The notes below the pieces were generated by a model. That model was not told the origin of the DNA, did not search any database, and worked only from the letters and a program-made list of their open reading frames with translations. The position numbers were made by a program, and so were the translations under genes. Positions 58,319 to 64,000 of a stretch of DNA of 64,000 bases are shown piece after piece (position 1 is the first letter of the stretch; each line of letters opens with the position of its first letter). The DNA is taken from the NCBI GenBank assembly GCA_039030515.1, contig JBCCEA010000001.1:64001-128000 (forward strand), in the 5' to 3' direction. The DNA comes from Myxococcota bacterium. Lineage in GTDB: Bacteria > Myxococcota_A > Polyangia > Polyangiales > Houyiibacteriaceae.

Positions 58319-59233
58319 CTACTGGTCTGCAAAATCGCCGGAAACACGTCCGAGTCGTTCCAGCAAGAATCGATCGATGTGTCGACGTACTGTATCAGGC
58401 TGCTCAACCACTGCCGCGTGGCTGCCCTCAGGGATCATCGTAAGCTCTGAATTGGGGATGAGGCTTGCCATGCGTTGGGCGCGTTCCGGTGGCGAGAAGG
58501 TGTCCCGCTCGGCGGCGATGACCAAGGTCGGCACGTTGATTTGCTCTAGGAGATCCTCGGCTGAATGCTCGCCGGCACATTCAAGCATGGAGAGAAATAG
58601 TTTAGGCCCCATGGAGGCGACGTGGCTCCAATAGGCGCGAAAGTCGTCTTCACGGATCGCGAAGCGATCTACCTCTCCACTCAATCGGGCAATGCGATAA
58701 GCGAGGCCTGCGGGAACTCTTCCCCAGATGGCTCTTGCGATGCCTAAGTGATGATCCACGGCCTTGATGATTGTGGGCAAGGCGTGCTTCAAGCGGTCGC
58801 TATTGTGAAAATGGCTGGTGACCTGACCATAGCTGCCGCAACAGAGAATAAGCGCTGCGACTGATTCTGGCTGCGATCGATAAAATTCGAGAGCTACCTG
58901 CGTGCCCATCGAATGACCGATCAGCACGGCCCGACCAGCGCCGACGTGCTCGAACACGGTAACTGCGTCCTCCGCCAAAACCGGTATCTCTACTTTGGAG
59001 GGATCTGCAGGCAGCCCGCTTCGGCCATGACCGCGGTAGTGCCAGTGAATCACTCGATGCGTCTGAGCTAAGTGGGGGAGCAGATATCGCCAGGCGAACC
59101 CGTCGCAGCCGATTCCATCAAACATCATCAAAGGTGGACCGCTGCCCCTCGCACACCAATAAATCTTGGTGCCGTCTTGAGCGGTTACAAATCCTTCTCT
59201 AGGCTCGTTTGGAACTCGCTCTTCTAGTTCCAC
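58319..59233 (-). CDS. Alpha/beta hydrolase
   Basis: YRGHGRS, GHSMG nucleophile elbow, ERDTF, GSH. Start uncertain. Confidence 0.9.
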   Translation of the reverse strand: MELEERVPNEPREGFVTAQDGTKIYWCARGSGPPLMMFDGIGCDGFAWRYLLPHLAQTHRVIHWHYRGHGRSGLPADPSKVEIPVLAEDAVTVFEHVGAGRAVLIGHSMGTQVALEFYRSQPESVAALILCCGSYGQVTSHFHNSDRLKHALPTIIKAVDHHLGIARAIWGRVPAGLAYRIARLSGEVDRFAIREDDFRAYWSHVASMGPKLFLSMLECAGEHSAEDLLEQINVPTLVIAAERDTFSPPERAQRMASLIPNSELTMIPEGSHAAVVEQPDTVRRHIDRFLLERLGRVSGDFADQ

Positions 59234-59258
59234 TCTGCTTACCGAGCCTTGAGCGCAC

Positions 59259-59486
59259 TTATTTGTTTGTGGTATCAAACTCGTCCGATGACTGCGACTC
59301 TGCATCGTTCGTGTCGGGAATATCATTCACCGAGGGGAGCTTTCTTATCTCCTGTATGCCGATTTTCACACAACGTTGCACGATCCAAGAAAGAGACCGA
59401 TCGAGGCGCGCAGCTTCATGCTGGATTTCCTGAAGCATCGACTCAGGAAAGTACAGGCTTTGTTTTCGCTTATCTGTTCCGGCCAT
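59259..59486 (-). CDS. Small myxobacterial protein (TIGR04563-type, ribbon-helix-helix-like)
   Basis: MAGTDKRKQSLYFPESMLQEIQHEAARLDRSLSWIVQ; GAGGG upstream. Confidence 0.85.
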   Translation of the reverse strand: MAGTDKRKQSLYFPESMLQEIQHEAARLDRSLSWIVQRCVKIGIQEIRKLPSVNDIPDTNDAESQSSDEFDTTNK

Positions 59487-59604
59487 GACGACGATGCCCT
59501 CCTCGCTTTTCTGCTGTCTCATCTCTCTGCTGCGATGTACCCCTTCGTCGCAGAGCACCGACTAGTGTGAACGACAGTAATACAACACGAGGCGTATTGC
59601 ATTC

Positions 59605-60978
59605 ATGAAACGAACGCGAAGGAAAAGTATGTGGCAGTTGGTAGGCGTTTGCTCACGTTGGTGGAGGACGAGTGCATACCTTTTCGTGTCTCTATTCGCC
59701 TTGGTCGGAGTAGCTCAGGCGATTCCTGAATCGGAGAGTCCCTTTCGGAATCTTGGTATCTTCGCGCGAGTTCTCGCGCACATCGAGCGTTCCTACGTAG
59801 AGGAAGTTGATCAGGACGCTCTGATCTATGGGGCCATCCGAGGATTGATGTCGACTCTTGATCCGCACAGTCTGTTTATGGATCCCGAAGAGTATCGTTT
59901 ATTGACAAGCGATACTCAGGGACGATTCGGCGGCATCGGTGTCGAGATTCATGTTCAGGACGGCTATCTCGTCGTTGTAGGTCTTGTTGACGATGGACCC
60001 GCTCAAGAAGCAGGGATGCGCGAGGGGGATCGTTTTCTCCGTATCGATGGGCTCGGAGCGCGGGATCTACAAATCGCTCAGGCTGTTCGCCGCGTGAGGG
60101 GGGAGCCAGGAAGCACGGTCCAGGTGACCATCAGGCGGGAAGGCCATGAACGCGATCTCGAGTTTAATCTCACTCGAGAGGTCATAAAGGTCGAACCGAT
60201 AGAAGCCAGCGTGATCCCAGATCGAGTGCTTTATTTGAAGGTTAAAGCTTTTCAGGAGGGCAGCACGGAGCAGCTCCGCCAGGCCATCGACGTGGCGTTG
60301 GCATCGACATCTCAAGATCTCTCCGGGGTTCTTCTAGACCTTCGCAACAACCCTGGTGGGTTGCTCTCGGAAGCTATTTCGATGAGTGACGTGTTTCTAT
60401 CCAGCGGAACGATCGTGTCCACGCGAGGTCGAGATGGAATACCGATCGACACGGTCACCGCTTCGCAGTTGGATACCGCTCCGCCATGGCCGATGGTGGT
60501 TCTGGTCAATGGCTATTCGGCAAGCGCGGCTGAGATCGTCGCGGGAGCGCTGCAGGACCATGGGCGAGCCGTATTGGTGGGGACACGCAGTTTCGGTAAG
60601 GGAAGCGTGCAGAACATCATCGAGTTGCCGGGGGGAAGTGCGATGAAGCTCACGGTCGCTCGCTACTACACTCCAAGCGGGCAGTCCATCCAGGCGCAAG
60701 GTATCGAACCTGACGTCCGGGTCGAGCAGTTTGACACTCGGGAACTGATCGACGCTCGCCGTGATGTCCATCCACTGATCCGTGAGGAGTCCCTAGAAGG
60801 GCACCTTGATGCAGATGCGTCACGCAGGCCTGAGTTGCCGGCCCGCGGGCAGCCCCGCCTGGTTCCTGAATCCGTACCCAGCGAAGTCTTTTCAAGTGAT
60901 TTCCAAGCAAGAATAGCCCATCAGACGTTGCGGGGATTGCAGATTCACCAGCAAGGGCGCTCCGATTCATCCCAATAA
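59605..60978 (+). CDS. ctpA: Carboxyl-terminal processing protease (S41A)
   Basis: LDPHS, PDZ GGIGV, DLRNNPGG, SASAAEI, GKGSVQ. Confidence 0.95.
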   Translation: MKRTRRKSMWQLVGVCSRWWRTSAYLFVSLFALVGVAQAIPESESPFRNLGIFARVLAHIERSYVEEVDQDALIYGAIRGLMSTLDPHSLFMDPEEYRLLTSDTQGRFGGIGVEIHVQDGYLVVVGLVDDGPAQEAGMREGDRFLRIDGLGARDLQIAQAVRRVRGEPGSTVQVTIRREGHERDLEFNLTREVIKVEPIEASVIPDRVLYLKVKAFQEGSTEQLRQAIDVALASTSQDLSGVLLDLRNNPGGLLSEAISMSDVFLSSGTIVSTRGRDGIPIDTVTASQLDTAPPWPMVVLVNGYSASAAEIVAGALQDHGRAVLVGTRSFGKGSVQNIIELPGGSAMKLTVARYYTPSGQSIQAQGIEPDVRVEQFDTRELIDARRDVHPLIREESLEGHLDADASRRPELPARGQPRLVPESVPSEVFSSDFQARIAHQTLRGLQIHQQGRSDSSQ

Positions 60979-61000
60979 CGGGCTGACAGATAGAGCAGCC

Positions 61001-61513
61001 TCATTGAGCTGGAGTTTGGCTCATGGCCCTTTCCAGGGTAACGAACTGAACTTCCGAGTTGTTCTCGGAAGATTTGCGGCTGGTCTCGACTAGCTCTGAA
61101 TGATCCAGTTTCGGAAACAGAGTGTCCCCCTCCACGACTCTACCTATTTCCGTAAGCCATATTTTTGTCGTCCAGGGTAATGCTCGCTCGTACACGGCGG
61201 CCCCACCGATCACGATAGGAAACATGTCTAGATTTTGCGCTGCGGCCACTGCAGATTCGAAGCTAGAGTGCACCGTGCAGCCCGGAGCACGGAAGGACGA
61301 TTTTCCAGAAATTACGTGGTTGTCTCGGTTTGGTAGTGGGCGCCCAATGCTCTCGTATGTTTTGCGTCCCATGATGATCGAGTGCCCTAGGGTGACTCTT
61401 CGGAAATGACGTAGGTCTTCCGGGTAGTGCCAGGGCAATTGACCCTGATCGCCGATCACTCGATTGACACTCATCGCGACGATGAGGCCTAGCTGCGCGC
61501 GATCAAACGGCAA
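61001..61513 (-). CDS. folA: Dihydrofolate reductase
   Basis: [35 protein letters not shown]. Confidence 0.97.
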   Translation of the reverse strand: MPFDRAQLGLIVAMSVNRVIGDQGQLPWHYPEDLRHFRRVTLGHSIIMGRKTYESIGRPLPNRDNHVISGKSSFRAPGCTVHSSFESAVAAAQNLDMFPIVIGGAAVYERALPWTTKIWLTEIGRVVEGDTLFPKLDHSELVETSRKSSENNSEVQFVTLERAMSQTPAQ

Positions 61514-62345
61514 CGGGAGCCTTGATACGGGGGTGAGGATGATAGTCCGTCAGTTCAAAATGCTCGTAGCGAAACTCGAACATATCGCGAATCTCGGGGT
61601 CCAGCCGGATCTTCGGGAGCGCTCGAGGTTCCCGGCTGAGTTGTTCCTCGGCCTGGTCAAGATGGTTTTCGTATAGGTGCACATCACCGAAAGTATGTAT
61701 AAAACGTCCCGGAACTAAGCTGCAGACTTGCGCTATCATCGTTGTGAGCAGCGCGTAGCTGGCGATGTTAAAGGGAACCCCTAGAAAGATATCCGCGCTT
61801 CTTTGGTAAAGCTGGCAATCAAGACGATCCCCGCGCGCATAGAATTGAAAGAGGGTATGACAGGGCGGCAAGGCCACCTGCTCAGTCTCCCGAGGATTCC
61901 AACCGGTCACGATCAGCCGTCGGCTTGAGGGAATCTCTTTAATCTGCCGGACCACACGGGTGATTTGGTCGCATCCGTCCGGCTGATAAGAGCCGTCACT
62001 GTTTTGTGTCGCCCCGAAGTTACGCCATTGATGCCCGTAAATCGGTCCTAAGTCCCCCTCTTTTCGATCGAATCGTGCGCACTGCTCTTCGCTGGCCCAC
62101 TCGTCCCAGATCGTGACGCCTTGACGCTGCAGCGAAGCTACATGTGTTTCACCTCGAAGAAACCAGAGCAGTTCATGGACGATTGAAGGAAGATGAACTT
62201 TTTTGGTCGTGAGCAGTGGGAAGCCGTCTTGCAGGTCCAAACGCAACTGTTCACCAAATAGGCTCCGCGTTCCGGTTCCTGTTCGATCCTCGCGGGCTTC
62301 TCCCTCTTGCATTATTTTTGCAAGGAGTTTTAGGTAACTTCTCAT
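61503..62345 (-). CDS. thyA: Thymidylate synthase
   Basis: [31 protein letters not shown]. Confidence 0.98.
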   Translation of the reverse strand: MRSYLKLLAKIMQEGEAREDRTGTGTRSLFGEQLRLDLQDGFPLLTTKKVHLPSIVHELLWFLRGETHVASLQRQGVTIWDEWASEEQCARFDRKEGDLGPIYGHQWRNFGATQNSDGSYQPDGCDQITRVVRQIKEIPSSRRLIVTGWNPRETEQVALPPCHTLFQFYARGDRLDCQLYQRSADIFLGVPFNIASYALLTTMIAQVCSLVPGRFIHTFGDVHLYENHLDQAEEQLSREPRALPKIRLDPEIRDMFEFRYEHFELTDYHPHPRIKAPVAV

Positions 62346-62433
62346 CCGTCCTCATCGATTTGAGCTTTCCCGTTGTACTCTAGCCCCACGTGAGTTCAAC
62401 GCTGAGCATCACGATGAGCTCCAAAGTAGGCGA

Positions 62434-63060
62434 GTGGCTCGGTGTGTTTGGCGTCTGTTGGACCTCCTTTGCCTAGACTCAGGGAAGGTTGCTCAAAAAT
62501 TGTCCTTGATACGGACCGCGTGCTTTTCTCGGATTGTGGAGTTCCGGGCGTCATCCGTCCTCGCACTGCTCGCTCCCCTTTTGTCGGGAGTGGCCACCTG
62601 CGATCGGGAAGAGTCTCGTCAACTGGCCGACGTGACCGAGTCAGCCAAAGCCTACGTCTCGCACTTTTATTGGTTTGAACGATGGGCGCGTCGCAGTGTC
62701 GCTGCAGCTCCAGCTCGGCTCAATCGAGACAGCGTTCTCGAAACGCTTTTTGCTCCAGTGCGTCGAGATGACACTCCCTTGGCAATCTGGGTACAGCAAG
62801 GAACCCATGTGGGTGACCATCTTTTCTTTCGCACCAAAAAGCCGATGCCTCCTCAGTCCGTTGCATGGTTGATGTTACGCGAACGGTTTGCTGGACTTCG
62901 AGTAGCTTCAGCTCTGGTGCCGGATGGCCGTGTATCTCGCCGGCCTCCAAATGTTGAGGCGATTTTGCTCTCCCGCTCCCAACCATCTCGAGATAGTGTC
63001 GAGCTCACGGTGACCATCGCCTACCCGGTCGTGACGGCGCCGACTATCGTACTTCAGTAG
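62434..63060 (+). CDS. Hypothetical protein, possibly exported
   Basis: ORF fills the gap between thyA and the next gene; hydrophobic stretch VLALLAPLLSGVATC. Start uncertain. Confidence 0.5.
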   Translation: MARCVWRLLDLLCLDSGKVAQKLSLIRTACFSRIVEFRASSVLALLAPLLSGVATCDREESRQLADVTESAKAYVSHFYWFERWARRSVAAAPARLNRDSVLETLFAPVRRDDTPLAIWVQQGTHVGDHLFFRTKKPMPPQSVAWLMLRERFAGLRVASALVPDGRVSRRPPNVEAILLSRSQPSRDSVELTVTIAYPVVTAPTIVLQ

Positions 63061-63949
63061 GCGATTCCAGGTGAATCAGTTGCAAGCTGACTGCCTCAGT
63101 ACTGTCGTCGATTTGGCATCCAATAATTTTTGCAGCTCCTGAAGTTGCTAAAAAGCAGCTGTCCGAAGAAATTCCCAGCTCGACTGCTCTCCCGTCGTCT
63201 CCAGGTACGATTTGAGAGCGTTGGTGATCTCCGAACGCTTCCAATGTTTCTGCGGTTACAGTGCAGATGATCGGTTGGTACCGCTGAGCCACTGAGGGGT
63301 GGAATAGGTTTTCGGCGCCAGCACCGCTAGGGTCCGTCGTGCACGCGGTAAGAATTCGGCTCAGGCTCGAAGTGAGCGCAAGGCGGCTGTGGCTCTCCTC
63401 GATCGATGCGATTCCTCGTGACCCTAAGACCCAAAGAGCGACGGCGCTCAGTAGGCAAAGGCCAAGGCAGCCGAAGCCTACGCCGAGTAGAATCTTAATC
63501 TTCCCCTGATCGCTGCCGGACCGACCGTCGGACGGTGGAAGGTCTGCCGCGCTAGAGCTGTGTAGTAAGCTGGTCGGCGGCTCGAAACCTGGAGCGTTTC
63601 GGTTGACGGACTGTTCTGCGACAACCTTGTCTCTAGGTGGCGATGTAGCCAGACTTTCGTGCGCTAGGAGGGGCGTGCCCGAGGACATTGAGGCATCAGC
63701 AGTGTGAGATGGATCGGCATTCGATGATCCGGTTTGTGCAGCAGGTTCAACTTCTGCAACGGCTGAGGAGGGTATCGCCGACAGCGGCTCATCGGCCCTG
63801 CTCGGCTCATCGGCCCTGCTCGGCTCATCGGCCCTGCTCGGCTCATCGGCTCCGCCTGCCGCATTTGAAGGAGGTTCCGGTGCAATCATCGGCCCGAGCA
63901 TGGTTTGCTGAAAGGCGATGTCGCGCTTCTTCGAGGACGGTTGCGTCAT
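63044..63949 (-). CDS. Hypothetical bitopic membrane protein
   Basis: Disordered N-terminus with ADEPSR repeats, one TM helix, Cys-containing C-terminal domain. Confidence 0.7.
   Translation of the reverse strand: MTQPSSKKRDIAFQQTMLGPMIAPEPPSNAAGGADEPSRADEPSRADEPSRADEPLSAIPSSAVAEVEPAAQTGSSNADPSHTADASMSSGTPLLAHESLATSPPRDKVVAEQSVNRNAPGFEPPTSLLHSSSAADLPPSDGRSGSDQGKIKILLGVGFGCLGLCLLSAVALWVLGSRGIASIEESHSRLALTSSLSRILTACTTDPSGAGAENLFHPSVAQRYQPIICTVTAETLEAFGDHQRSQIVPGDDGRAVELGISSDSCFLATSGAAKIIGCQIDDSTEAVSLQLIHLESPTEVR
63785..63850 (-). repeat. Perfect 18-bp tandem repeat x3.7 (ADEPSR)
   Basis: CGGCTCATCGGCCCTGCT x3 plus CGGCTCATCGGC. Confidence 0.95.
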
Positions 63950-64000
63950 GCCGCCGCTGGATGTTCCAGGGCCGAACGCCCCCGCAGCCGATGGAGACTC

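Noticed and set aside
1..64000. Numerous short alternative-frame ORFs; prophage, IS or defence genes
   Set aside because: The short ORFs overlap well-supported genes and lack recognisable motifs. No transposase, integrase, phage or defence-system signatures were recognised.

Overview
Core-genome window from a Myxococcota-like bacterium. The assignment is inferred from SgmX-like, MglC-like, CdnL, TIGR04563-type, myxobacterial PilZ and DUF4388 proteins. GC is roughly 55-60% from spot counts of two lines, low for cultured myxobacteria. In order, the window holds: the 5' part of a flagellar fliL-fliM-fliN-fliO(-fliP?) operon with a clear sigma54 -24/-12 promoter and a neighbouring NtrC-type activator; oligopeptidase B; an mglC-aroQ-accB-accC-sgmX cluster; a tRNA-Leu with the rare AAG anticodon; two SCP2-like genes; a cobalamin-riboswitch-controlled TonB receptor plus lipoprotein, divergent from a cbiZ-cobU-cbiB-cobQ-cobO salvage operon; bolA, fabD, a K+-dependent membrane pyrophosphatase, fur, secA and argJ; rpsB-tsf-pyrH-frr; a metallopeptidase/beta-propeller/Omp85 fusion; rng, cdnL, a histone-H1-like gene and fabH; an FHA-kinase-FHA locus; ctpA and thyA-folA. 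No mobile element or CRISPR array was seen. The most notable items are the A34 tRNA-Leu(AAG), flagellar genes alongside myxobacterial pilus-polarity genes, the BtuB plus lipoprotein corrinoid uptake and remodelling locus, and frequent short tandem duplications. All calls come from motif recognition only; no searches were run.
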